Both the position numbers and the translations under genes were made by a program. DNA of 64,000 nucleotides, taken from positions 73,162,001-73,226,000 of the forward strand of contig NC_087437.1 of NCBI RefSeq assembly GCF_036321535.1, read 5' to 3'. Positions 51,796-64,000 of this stretch are shown piece by piece. Numbering within the stretch: position 1 is the first letter of the stretch; each line of letters starts with the position of its first letter. The stretch is from Camelus dromedarius. Taxonomy: Eukaryota. The notes beneath the pieces are model-generated. The model did not search any database, was not told the DNA's origin, and saw only the letters and a program-made list of their open reading frames with translations.

Positions 51796-52365
51796 TGTGT
51801 GTGTGTGTGTGTGTATGATAATGAAATATTATTAAGCCTAAAAAAAAAAGAAGGAAATCTTGCCACTTGTGACAATATGAATGAACTTGGAAGACTTTTT
51901 GTTAAGTGAAATAAGCTAGTTACAGAAGGACAAATACTTCATGATTCCATGTATACGAGATAACTAAAATAGTGAAACTCATAGAAACAGAATACAATAG
52001 TGGTTGCCAGGGGCTGGGAGTGGAGGAAATGGGGAATTGTCATTTAATGGGTATAAAGTCTCAGTTATGCGAAACGAGTAAGTTCTAGAGATTTGCTGTA
52101 CAACACAGTATCAATAGATAACAATGTGGTATTGTGCACTTCAAAATTGGTTAACAGGGTAGATCGAATGTTAAGTGTTCTTACCACACACATACACAGA
52201 ACAACAAGGGAGACAAGGAAGCTTTGGGAGGCGTCAAATATGTCTGTTACCTTGATGGTGGTGATGATATTATGGGTGTTTGAATATATCCAAACTCAAA
52301 AAAGTGTATACATTAAATATGTGCAACTCTTTGTAAATCAATTAATATCTTGATAAAGCTGTTAA
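51680..52365 (+). mobile_element. LINE-1 3' end (L1MA/MB-like) containing (TG)n
   Basis: atagccaagatatagaaacaacccaagtgtctgtcgacagatgaataaa...gtggttgccaggggctggg...ttgataaagctgttaaaa. Confidence 0.88.
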
Positions 52366-52774
52366 AAGAGAGAGAATCCATATTGAGACATTTTAAAATT
52401 TCTCAAGAGAACAATTTCCCCATTCACTCTTGTTCCCACAGCAGTTCTGGCCTGAACTCATTATGCTTGTCCCAACTCAGCTCCCTGAGTCTTTGCACAG
52501 AGCCTGGGAGTCACTAAGAGGATTGGCTGCATATTTACTCTTCCACTGCAGGGCCTCAACTGAACACATAAACTCTGCAGACAAACTCAGTCAGCAGGTG
52601 GACCCACTGCTCACTAATTTATCACCACATGTTCCCCAATATGCTTTCTCTTCTGGAGGCACTCATTCGACTTTTCTCAGGTTGCAGGTGGAAAGAGTAT
52701 TTGGATTTTCTGTGTCAAGATAATTGACATTTTCCCCATTACACTTCTTCCATTTGGATAAAAAAAAATATGGG

Positions 52775-53212
52775 TATAACTTTCAGCCTGCCCTATTCTG
52801 ACTAATACATGAACAATAAATGACGCAGTCAAGGGAGAGCTCCCCACACTCTAGACTCTCCTCTGGCCCCCAGGAGGCTGATTTCCGGGGGTTTTATCAG
52901 CTGGGCTTCCTTATCTTCCCCCTTCCAGGTGGATTTGGCCACTGGAAGGCACACCGAGGACCCCAAAGGATGAGAAGAAAAGGAGGTGTGGATATTCACC
53001 TGTCCTCTACCCCTTCTAGCTCTCCTCCTGCTCTTCAAGCCTAAGACTGGTAGCAGCTTTGCCCTGTTATTAACATCTGAACGCTCCACCACCCATTCCC
53101 GGTCACCCTGATCCTGCCCACATCTTTGCAAATAGTGTCTTCATAAAAGCTTCTTTAATTGCCTCTTTGAGGAAATTCCCCTCATCTGTGTCCCGCCGGG
53201 ACCCTGACTGAT
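52775..53212 (+). mobile_element. Old ERVL-type solo LTR relic
   Basis: 3' end catctgtgtcccgccgggaccctgactgatt resembles LTR16/LTR33-class ends. Subfamily uncertain. Confidence 0.4.
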
Positions 53213-53364
53213 TTAGTCACCTTGTTTTCTCTGCTCTTCCAGCTTATTTCAGAGATGCCCATTCCAGCACACTCAGAGTACCCTGTTACTTGTCATTAGA
53301 ACATCCTTCACGTAACACCTCGCCAGCCTGTTCAGCAAGTGACCTTTCGCAGTGCTCTAAGTCG

Positions 53365-53740
53365 GGTGTTTCTCTAATTTTGATGACAGCATACTAGTCG
53401 CCTGAGGGATCTTGTTACAGTGCAGATTCTGCACTGGAGTCCGGTGGGATCTGAGATCTTTGATTTCTAAAAAGCTCCCAGGCACTGCCATTGCTCTGGT
53501 CCAGAGACCACACTTTGGGGCTCCAACTCAAACACCGAAGACCAAGCAGAGCAACAGTTCGCGAAGTGCAGTTAGTCCTAGGCTAGCTGCATCAGCATCA
53601 TCTGAGAAGAGCTGGCTAGAAATTCACATTCTCGGTCCCCATCCCAGACCCACGGAATCAGCAGCTCTGGGTTGGGGCCTCATTGTGCTAGCAAGCCCTC
53701 CTGGCGATTCTGATCCACACCTGAGTTGGAGGACTTCTGA
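53365..53740. mobile_element. Two adjacent MER5-type relics
   Basis: gatcttgttacagtgcagattctg...gaccacactttg; gcatcagcatcatctgag...cccagacccacggaatcagcagctctggg. Confidence 0.65.
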
Positions 53741-54861
53741 AATGGAAGGTAGTGCGCTTGCAGTAACTATTCTTCAGGACTCATTGTTTGAGAAACTTCA
53801 CATAAAACAATGCAGACTATCCTCAATAAATTTATTCAATATATATGTAATTATATAATTTTGGAACCTGATATTGGCCACATTGATAGAATTTTAAATT
53901 TCTGCTACTGTCATGCCTAACACTATGAAGGAAAAGAAAATCACTAATCAATGGGGTTTGAAGATAATAAATTACCTCAAGTTATAGCTCATTTCAACTA
54001 TACTCGTAACATGCAAGTCTATGCTAGCTGCTGTAAGAGACACCAAGATGTGTTAGTCAATCTTTGCCTTATGGAACTTCTAGTTTCATGGAGAAAAAAA
54101 CTGAGCACTGGCTGGGGCCACTGCCAAGGCTGCTCTCTAAGATTTAAACTATAAACTCAGCATGTAAGGAATGATCAGAAGCCTGTAAAAAGGTAGTTTA
54201 TAGATCAAACGTTTCCTGGACTTGAAGCAAGATGGGCAAGAATCAGGTGATTCTTTGGATAAAAGAGAGCCACAGAGATAAACACTATTCAGTTCTGTGG
54301 TCTGATTTAGCACTGCTGTGACGCTGCTTTTGACTACAGTGCCTTTTGTAAAGCTTTTGAACCACAGCATTCCTCTGGTTACGTGCCCACCAAGCACATT
54401 TCTCACTTTTGCTATCCCAGTTTGTATACACCCCAAGGAAGATCATGCACTGGGATGACCAGTCCACTATGACAGCTGATCTCAATCACAGTGAACATAA
54501 CAGCATTCTGGGCTCATGTTCATACTCTTGTGGATTTAGGAATTGTGCAGGTTTGGTTAACTCTGGAACACTGACAAGACAGAATTTCTGGATAGTGAAG
54601 CTGGAATCACTGATTGGATCACACAAGTTCTCCACCATAATGCTACCTATATAGTTCCTGTGTGGATAGCCAACCAGCCTCTCTAGGTGATATCCATTTC
54701 AATACATACCTTTAAAAGCAACACAAATACTTGTATGACAAAGCCACAGGAGTTGCTATAAAAGAGTTCTGCCTAAAAGATAAAATTTCAAAGGAAGAAT
54801 TGAACACGTCAGATTGAGGTAGATGCTGAGAATAACCAATAAAGCTTAAAGAGTGAGTAGA

Positions 54862-55505
54862 ATTTTTTTTTTAATATAATTCACATACCATAAAAATCAA
54901 CCCTTTTAAAGTGTACAATTCAGTGATTTTTACTATATTCACAAAGTCTTCCAACCATCACCACCATTTAACTCCAGAACATTTTCATGACCTTAAAAAG
55001 AAACCCCACAGCCCTTCAGAGTCACCCTCCAGTCCCTCTCCCTCCAGACCCTGGCAACCGTTAACCTACCTCTGTCCCTCTTTACATATGCCTATATATA
55101 CATATAAGATCATGTAATATGTGGTCTTTGGTGTCTGGTTTCCTTCACTTAGCATAATCTTTCCAAGATTCATCCATGTTGTAGCATATATCAGTGTTTC
55201 ATTGCTTTTTATGACTGAATAATATGAATACTATTCCACTGGATGGATATGCCATATTTTGTGAATCCATTTATCAGTTGATGGACACTAGGATTATTCT
55301 CACTTTTGAAGATTATGAATAAGGTTGCTATGAACATTTGTTTACAAGTTTTTGTGTGGACATATGTCTTCAATTGCTTTGAATATATACTTAAGAGTGG
55401 AATTTCTGGATCAGATGGGAAATCTGTGTGTAACATTTTTAAGGAACTGCCAGGCTGTTTTCCAAAGAGGTGCATCATTTAACATTCCCACCAGCAATGT
55501 ATGAG
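54862..55505 (-). mobile_element. LINE-1 3' end (L1MB-like), minus strand
   Basis: Poly(T) then atataattcacataccataaaa...ttaaagtgtacaattcagtg...acattcccaccagcaatgtatgag. Confidence 0.88.
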
Positions 55506-57492
55506 TTGACAAAATTCAACACCACTTCATGATTAACAACAACACCACCACCAGACATAGAAAGGAACTTCCTCAGTCTAACAAAGGGCCTCTGCAAAAA
55601 CCCACAGCTGCTGTCATGTTTAATGGAGAACGACTGAAAGCTTTACCTCCTGAGACAGGAACAAGAAAAGGAGGTCACTCTTGTCACTTCTATTCAACAC
55701 TGTACGAGGGGTTATTAGGAAGTCATTTTGGGGAAATAAAAGAGAGGAAAGAAAAAAAAGAAAGAAAAGAAAAAAGAAAAAAGAATCAAGAAAGAAAAGA
55801 AGTAAAACTATCACTATTCCTTGATGACATGATCTTCTATTCAGCAAATTCTAAAGAATCTACCAAAAAAAAGAGAAAAAAGCCTATTAGAACTAATCGA
55901 TGAATTCAGCACCATTATTGGATACAAGGTCAATATACAAAAATCAATTCTATTTGTTAGCAATAAACAATCAGAAATTGAAATTAAGAAAATAATTCCA
56001 ATTGCAATAGCATCAAAAAGAATACAATACTTAGGACTAAATTAAGTAAGTATAAGATTTGTACACTGAAACCCTTTATAAAACATCATTGAAAGAAAAT
56101 TTTAACGTCTCAATGAATGGAAATCTCATGTTAATGCATTAGAAGAATTAATATTACTTAGACTCAAATTGATTTATAGTTTAAATGCAATACCAAGACC
56201 ATTCAATGGGGAAAGAATAGCCTTCTCAACAAACGGTGTTAGAACAACTGATAGCCGCATGCAAAAGAATGAAGTCAGACTCCTACTTCACACAATATAT
56301 AAAAATTGACTCAAAATAGATCAAAGATTCAAAGGTAAAAGCTGAAACGATAAAACTCTGAAAAGAAAACAGGGGTAAATCTTTGTGATCTCTGGTAACA
56401 GATTCTTAGATATGACACCAGAAGTACAAGTGACAGAAGGAAAAATAGACAAATTGGACTCTATCAAAATTAAAAACCTTTATGCTTCAAAAGATACTAT
56501 CATAAAAATTAAAAGACAATCCAAATAATGGGAGAAAATATTTGCAAATTATATATCTGGTAAGGAACCTGTATCCAGAATATATAAGAACTTCTATGAT
56601 GTAATAATAATATGACAACTCAATTTAGAAATGCTCAAGTGATCTGAATAGATCTGTCTCCAAAGAAGATATACAAATGCCTCCATCTCCCCCCGCCCCT
56701 CAAAAAACACACGAAAAGTGCTCACATCATTAGCCATTAGGGAAATGCAAGTCAAAACCACAACGAAATACTACTTCACACCCACTGGGATGGCTATAAT
56801 GAAAAAGACAGATAATAATTGGGAGGATGTGGAGAAATCGAAACCCTTATACTCTGCTGCTGGGAATGTAAAATGACGTAGCTACTTTGGAAACGATCTG
56901 GCATTTTCTCAAAAAGTTAAAACACATAGTTACCATATGACCCAGTAATTCCATTCCCAGGTACATACTCAGAGAATTGAAAACATGTCCACACAAAAAG
57001 TTGTAGATAAATGTTCATAATGACATCATTCATAACAGATGTAAACAACATAAATGTGTATCAACTAATAAATGGACAAACAAAACGTGGCATCTCCACC
57101 CAATGGAATATGATTCAGTCATAAAAAGCAATGAAGTACTATGGTAAGCTATAACATGGATGAACCATAAAATGTTCTAAGTGGAAGAAGCCAGTCACAA
57201 GGGAACACATATTGCATAATTCTATTTATATAAAATATACAGAATTGGCAAATTTAGAGATACAGAAAGTAATCAGTAGTTGCTTAGGGATACAGGGAGA
57301 AGGTACGGAGATACTGGAGGATAATAGCTAACAGATGTAGAGATTTTTTGAGGTGATGAAAATGTTCTAAAATTGATAGTAGGGATGGCCGCCCAGTCTA
57401 CAACTATACTAAAAATCATTTAATTGTATATTTTCAACAGGCAAATTTTATGGTATGTGAATGATATCTCAGTAAAGCTTCTTTAAAAAAAA
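55506..57492 (+). mobile_element. LINE-1 ORF2 3' half + 3' UTR (L1MB-like), with internal deletion
   Basis: KPTAAVMFNGERLKALP..GTRKG and EVKLSLFLDDMIFY (FADD motif relic) in ORF 55529-55903; ends ctcagtaaagcttctttaaaaaaaa. Confidence 0.92.
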
Positions 57493-57929
57493 GCAGAAAG
57501 AGAAAATGCAGAGCAATCAAGTCCTTAGCATTGTTTTAGCCACTGGAACATGCTTTGCCTGAATCACTGCTACCTCAAGACTTTCAGGTACATCTCTCTA
57601 TTGTTTAGGTTGTTTAAATTGAGATTTTGGTCACTTGCAACAAAAATTAACAACCAATATATAAAGTAACAATGGTTCATCAGGAAAAAAGTGAGTGAAG
57701 AAAGCAGGTCAGGACAGGAAAGCCAAATAGGGGTTATTTCAATAGTTGAGAGGATAGCAAACAGTGAAAAGGAGTTGAATTTGGAGGATGAACTGAATTC
57801 TGTTGAATGTGGGGTGCAGTGAAAAAGGAGAAAACTAAAAACATCTGAAAAGCTGAATTTTAGTGAATTGGAGATCCACTACTGAATTCTGAGCTCTAAT
57901 GACAAGGACAGGGCTTCATTCGTCATCAT

Positions 57930-58365
57930 TGTATTAGTCAACTTAGCTGCTATAGTAACTCCAAAGCACCATCTGCTTTCAACGATCACTAATTTCTTGC
58001 TCACATTACAAGCAGACTGTAAGTCAGCTGCAGCTCTGTTGCGTATGACCATCATTCAAGGACCCAGGCTGAGGGGGCAGGCCCTCTCTGGGACTATTGT
58101 TCTCAGGGAAGAAGGCAGAGACCAGAGCTCTGGCAAACTTGTGATGCTTTCTTTAAAAAGTTAGCTCACTTATGTATACATCCTGCCTCGTATTCCTTTG
58201 GCCAAAACATATCATGTGGCTAACAAAGCCCAGAGTCAATGCAGCAGGGAAGTATCCTTTACACAGAAGACATTGTAAACACACAACAATGAGTAGAGAT
58301 GTATAACTTTCTCAAGGAGAAGGAAGGAAGAAATAATTGTTAATAATAAAATTATTTCCCACAAC
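57930..58365 (-). mobile_element. Old MaLR (MLT1-type) LTR relic
   Basis: tgtattagtcaacttagctgctatagtaac...tttcttgctcacattaca...attcctttggccaaaacatatcatgtggc. Confidence 0.5.
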
Positions 58366-59211
58366 TGTTTTCCCAGGCCTATGATTGTACCTGGTATATT
58401 TAAATAGTTAATATTGATTTAGTACTTGAAAAAATAAATATATAAATTAACAACTATGCACATTAATAAATGGAGAAAGAACCTTTTGTGGGGATGGGAA
58501 AGAAAAAGAAGAAAAGAGATAACTTTATTCTGATTTTGAAGAACAAAGGGAGGTAAGGATGGAAATAAATCAACCAAAAATTATCAAGCTGGAGAGACAG
58601 ATTGAGAGCAAGAGTCAAAGTGAGACATGGGATTTAAGCTGTGAAGTAGGTGAGATCACCAAGGAGGAATGTGTGCAGTGAGGAGAGAAATGGGTTATTG
58701 TTCTGGAGGAGAAATCTGAGCTAGGAAAGATTAGTCAGGGCATGGTCAGAGACCAGAGCAATAAAATATCAAAGGTACTGAAAAGAAAAGGTCGTCAACA
58801 ACATCAAAAATGTTTTTATAATTATTAAACAATGCCTCTTCCAAAACTCCAAATAGAGTTACGTCATTTTTTTTCTGCAGAGGTCTATTTCACACAGGAA
58901 AATAAGTTAACTGAAGGCTACTTGTAATAACAGCTTAATTAAGTTTAGTGGAGGGTGAAGAAGAGATAGTTGGAAGGAAAAAGATTCAAATCACCTGATT
59001 TAAAAATTAAGGCCAAGCAGCAAGCAAAAATCAATACATACAACAAATATATAATAATAAGCTTCAATTCCATACTACAGATAATGAAAAGAAAATCAGA
59101 AAAGAGAATGGGAATAAGGAAGAGAGAAGGGAAAAGAAAGGCAGACACGGGGGAAAAAATGTGAGACCAGAAGCAAAACAAAACAAAAAAACCAAGGAAA
59201 CAATCTTTTAG

Positions 59212-59400
59212 TCTAGTGGTTCTCAATGCTAGCTGCACATTAGAACCACCTGGGGAGATTTTTTTTTTTAATACTCATTCCTGGGCCTATCCTCAGAGAT
59301 TCTGAACTAATAGGCCTATAATAAGACCTGGTATTGTTATTAAAAGCAAACAAACAAAATAAGTGATTCTAATCTGAGTTGGACGGAGAACTGCTGTCTT
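59212..59400. mobile_element. MER5-type relic
   Basis: ctagtggttctcaatgctagctgcacattagaaccacctggggag...agttggacggagaactgctg. Confidence 0.65.
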
Positions 59401-59859
59401 AGAGGTATGCCTCTCACACCTCTCTCTATGGAGGAGAAATGGAGAGGAAGCAGTAATAAGGTAATTACTTTTGTCCAATCTCATGGTCCATTTGGGCTAT
59501 AGGTGTCAAGAAATCTTTAAGATGTAAATTAGCTAACTAATCAAGCATAGCTTAGCTGCTTTTTACTTTGTAGGCAATGAAATGCCTGAATTCCAACACT
59601 AACTGTAAGGCCTTAAGCAAATCACTTAGCATCTCTGGGTCTGTTTCCATTAACTTCAAAATGAAAAACTTTAGCCAAGATATTTCTAAGGTTGTTATCA
59701 CAACCATGACTTGAAGAGTATCAGAATGGGAGAGGGGGGGTGAGGCCAGTCAAAATCAGCTCTCTCCAAGACCTGTACTGGATCCATCAGGCATGCTTAG
59801 CACATATTTAAAGAGAAAACAAAAAGGGAGTGAAGTGGAAACAGAAACTCAGAAAAATG

Positions 59860-62720
59860 TGAGAAGGTGGCAGAATAGGAGGTCCTAGCTCTCATCCCCT
59901 CACAGAAATACTGATTTAACAATCATCCACAGACAAAAATAACTGATTTGGGTTCTGGAATCCAGGTGAGAGAACAGAACCCAGGTGGAGCTCAGAGCAA
60001 GAAAAGACTCTTTAAAAAGGTAAGAACAGTTTCATTTACCCACATCACTGCATCCCCAGCCTGGCACAATACAGAGTTGAGAGATCCCATCAGCCCACAA
60101 GTTCACTTATGGGAGGAGGAGAGAGTGAGCCCACTTGTGGACCCTAACACCAGGCCCACCTGCCAGTGAACCCCAGGATCAGACTTGTCAGTGGACACCA
60201 CCACCAGGCCTGCTCAGGCAAGAAGTGACTGTTTCTTCAAACATGCAGACACCAACATAAGGCTACAAGGATCACAACAAATCAGGAAAACATGACACCA
60301 CCAAAGGAACAAAATAAAGCTTTGTAATTGACTCTAAAGAAATGGAGATATACAAACTGCCTGACAAAGAATTCAAAACAATTATCTTTAAGAAGTTCAT
60401 TGAGCTTCCAAAGAACACAGAATGACAACTGAAGAGTATAAGGAAAATATTACATGAACAAAATGAAACGTTCAACAAGGAGATAGAAACCACAAAAAAA
60501 GAACCAAACAGAAACTCTGGAGCTGAATAATATAATGACTGAACTGAAAAATTCAGTAGAGAGCTACAACACCAGATCTGATCAAGCAGAAGAAATCAGT
60601 GAACTCAAAGACAGGTCATTTGGTAATATACAAAAAAGAGAGAAAGAAAGAAAAAGCCTACAGGACTTGTGAGTCTCAGAGGAGAAGAGAAAGAGACAGA
60701 AAGTTTATTCAAAGAAATATGACTGGAAACTTTCAAAACGTGTGGAAGGAAAAAGGACATCCAGATTTACGAATCCCTAAGACCTCAAATATGTTGAACC
60801 TAAAGAGGTCTACACCAAGACATGTTATAAAGAAATTTTCAAAAGTCAAAGACAAAGAGAAAAATTTAAAAGAAGTAATATGAAAGCAACTCACGACATA
60901 AAAGAGAATCCAGAAGATCATCAGCAGATTGCTCAGCAGAAACCTTACAGGCCAGAAAAGAGAGGAATGACATATTCCAAGAGCCAAGAGAAAAAACTGC
61001 CGCCAAAAATACTGTATCTGGCAAAACTGTCCTTACAAATGAAGGAGAGATAGACTTTCTAAGACAACCAAAAGCAAAGGAATTTTGTCACTACTAGAAC
61101 TCTTACAAGGAATGCTAAAAGCAGTTCTTTAAGTTGAAATAAAAGGATGCTAAACAGAAACACAAAAGCATATGAATCTCACTAGTAATGATAAATAGAC
61201 AAAAATGTAATAATGCAACACTCTAATGACTTTATAAATAAAATTTAACCCTAGTATAAATGTTAAAAGACAAAAGTATTAAAAATAACTATAACCACAA
61301 AAATTTGTTAATGGATACACAATATAAAAGTAAATTCTGACATCAATAACATAGAAAGTGAGTGAAAAAGTAAAAGAGTAGAGTGCAATTAAAGTTATGA
61401 TCAGCTTAAAATGGATTAGTATAAGTTTTAGGCAAGCCTTATGATAACCACACACACACACACAACTACAGTAGATACAAAAGAGATAAGGATAAAAGAA
61501 GAATCAAAGTATATTACTAAAAAAAAAAGAAACTACAAAGGAAGATAGCAAGAAATGAACAAAAGAACTACAAAGCAGACAGAAAACAATGAGTAAAGTG
61601 GTTAAGTCTCTACTTGTCAATAACTGCTTTAAATGTAAATCGATTAAACTCAAAATCAAAAGATACAGAGCAACTGAATGCATGAAAAACAAGATCCAAC
61701 TATATACTATCTACAAGAGATTCATTTTAGATTTAAGGGCACATATAGGCTGAAAGTGAAAAAGTGGGGGGGAAATTCCATGCAGATGTTCACCAAAGAG
61801 AGTATGGGTGGCTATACTTACAACAGACAAAATAGACTTTAAGTCAAAAGTTCACTAGATAATGATAAAAGGGTCAATTGAATAGGAAGATATGACAATT
61901 ACAAATATATACACTCTCAGTATCAGAGCACCTACATACATATAAAGCAAACATTGACAGATATAATACAGTAATAGCAGACTTCAAAATCCCACTTTCA
62001 ATAATGGATAAAGCATCCAGACAGAAAATCAATAAGGAAACAGCAGGCTTGACCAGCACCATTACCAATTAGACCTAAAAGTCACACACAAAACATTCTA
62101 CCCAAAAATGGCAGAATGCACATTCTTCTCAATAGCACCTGGAACATTCTCCAGGATAGATTCCATACTAAGTCACAAAACTAGTCAACAAATTTAAGGA
62201 GACTGAAATAATTTCAAGTATATTTTCTAACCACAATGTTATAGAATTAGAAATAAAAAAACAAAAGGAAAACTCAAAGAACATGAAAATTAAACAACAC
62301 ATTCTTGAGCAATCATTGGGTCAGAGAAGAATCTAAAGGAAATTGGAAAGTATCTTGAAACAAACAAAAACAAAAATACAATACATCAAATTTACACGAC
62401 ACAGCAAAAGCAGTACTAAGAGAGAAGTTCGTAGCAATAAATGCCTACATAGAGGACAAGTGCTACATGATACCACTTATGTGAGCTCTCTAAAACAGTC
62501 AAACTCTAAAACTATCCAAACAGAGAATTGGATAGTGGTTGCCAGGGGCTGGGGGGAGGTGGAAATGGAGAGATATTAGTCAAAGGGTATGAAGTTTCAG
62601 TTATGCAGGATATGTCCTGGAGACCTACTGTACAGCATAGTGCCTACAGCTTACAATACTATACACTTAAAATTTTGCTAAAAGGGTAGATAATGTTAAG
62701 TGTTTTATCACACATCATCA
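59860..62720 (+). mobile_element. LINE-1 with 5' UTR, ORF1 and ORF2 endonuclease region, joined at ~62450 directly to an L1 3' UTR (large deletion or recombination)
   Basis: ORF1 motif KRSTPRHVIKKFSKVKDKE; endonuclease motifs (ctacaagagattcatttt, ttcttctcaatagcacctggaacattctccaggatagat); abrupt switch to 3' UTR sequence at gaggacaagtgctacatgataccacttat. Confidence 0.9.
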
Positions 62721-62743
62721 TCATCACCATCACTGTAACAATA

Positions 62744-64000
62744 CAAGCATATCTTGGAGATACTGCAGGTTTGATTTCAGATTACCACAATAAAAGCAAA
62801 TATTGAAATAAAGCAAGTCACACAAATCTTTTGGTTTCCCAGTGCATTCCAAACTTACGTCTACTCTATAGTGTAGTCTATTACGTGTGCAATAGCATTA
62901 CATCTAAAAAACAATAAACATACCTTAATTTAAAATACTTTATTGCTAAAAATATTAACATCTGAGCTTTCAGCAAGTCATAATCTTCTTGCTGATGGAG
63001 GGTCTTGCCTCGATGTTGATGGCTGCTGACTAAGCAGAGCGCTGGTTGCCAAAGGCTGGGGGTGCTGTGGCAATTTCTTAAAATAAGACAACAACGAAGT
63101 CTGCTGTATCGATTGACTCTTCCTTTCATGAATGATTTCTCTGTAGCATGCATTGTTGTTAGCATTTTACCCACAGTAGAACTTCTTTTAAAACTGGAAT
63201 CAATCCTCTCAAACCCTGCTGGTGCCTTATCAACTAAGTCTATGTCATACTCTAAATCCTTTGTTGTCATTTCAACAATCTTCACAGCATCTTCACCAGG
63301 AGTAGATTCTATCTCAAGAAACCACTTTCTTCATTCGTCCAGAAAAAGCAACTCCTCATCCATTCAAGTTTCATCATGAGACTGCAGCAATTCAGTCACA
63401 TCTTCAGGTTGTACTTCTAACCCTAGTTCTCTTGCTATTTCTACCATGTCTGCAATTACTTCCTCCATGGAAGTCCTGAATCCCTCAAAATCAACCATGA
63501 GGGTTGGAATCAACTTCTGCCAAACTCCTATTAATATTGATATTTTGACCTCTTCCCATGAGTTGTTAATGTTCTTAATGGCATCTAGGCTGGTGAATCC
63601 TTTCCAGAAGGTTTTCAATTTACTTTGTCCAGATTTATCAGAGGAATCACTATCCACAGAGACTACAGCCTTATCAAATGTGTTTCTTAAATAGTAAGGC
63701 TTGAAAGTCTAAATGACTTCTTGATCCGTGGGCTGCAGAATGAATGCTGTGTTAGCAGTCATGAAAACAACATGTATCTCATCGTACATCTCCATCAGAG
63801 CTCTTGGGTGACCAGGTGCACTGCCAATGAGCAGTAATATTTTAAAAGACATCTTTTTTTCTGAGTAGTTCTCAACCATGAGCTTAAACTATTCAGTAAA
63901 CCATGTTGTAAACAGATGTGCTGTCATCTAGGTTTTGTTGTTCCTTTTATAGAGCACAGGCAAAGTTGATTTAGCATAACCCTTAAGGACCCTAGGATTT
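62744..64000 (-). mobile_element. Tigger1 (TcMar-Tigger) DNA transposon, 3' part with decayed transposase; runs off the window end
   Basis: TA at 62742-62743, then terminal sequence caagcatatcttggagatactgcaggtttg. Minus ORFs 63364-63657 ([26 protein letters not shown]) and 62881-63285 ([32 protein letters not shown]) match Tigger1 transposase. Confidence 0.93.

Overview
Mammalian, repeat-rich, apparently intergenic DNA, probably camelid (tRNA-derived SINE at ~26.3-26.5 kb and a young L1 3' end at ~46.7-46.9 kb). I could not support any intact host protein-coding gene. Most ORF-track entries are chance ORFs or L1/Tigger1 debris. The main result is at ~25.8-39.75 kb: a head-to-tail, same-strand (+) array of about 8-10 heavily decayed endogenous bornavirus-like nucleoprotein (EBLN) copies of ~0.4-1.3 kb each. 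I recognised them by hand translation as colinear motif matches to Borna disease virus (BoDV-1) N, for example PGLQA..REDYLS vs PGLHA..RESYLS, ETVQWIGG vs EAIDWING, FLQTCLD vs YLAECMD and PKLGTMAF vs PNLASAAF. The copies are strongly diverged from each other and are interrupted by MER5-type, MLT1, L1 and SINE insertions, so the array is old. The BoDV-1 N sequence was recalled from memory and aligned by eye, so copy number and boundaries are approximate and need tBLASTn/HMM confirmation. The rest of the window holds L1 fragments, MaLR/ERVL LTRs, MER5/MER33, MIR/L2, a Tigger1 element, microsatellites and two weak TATA-plus-splice-donor candidates.
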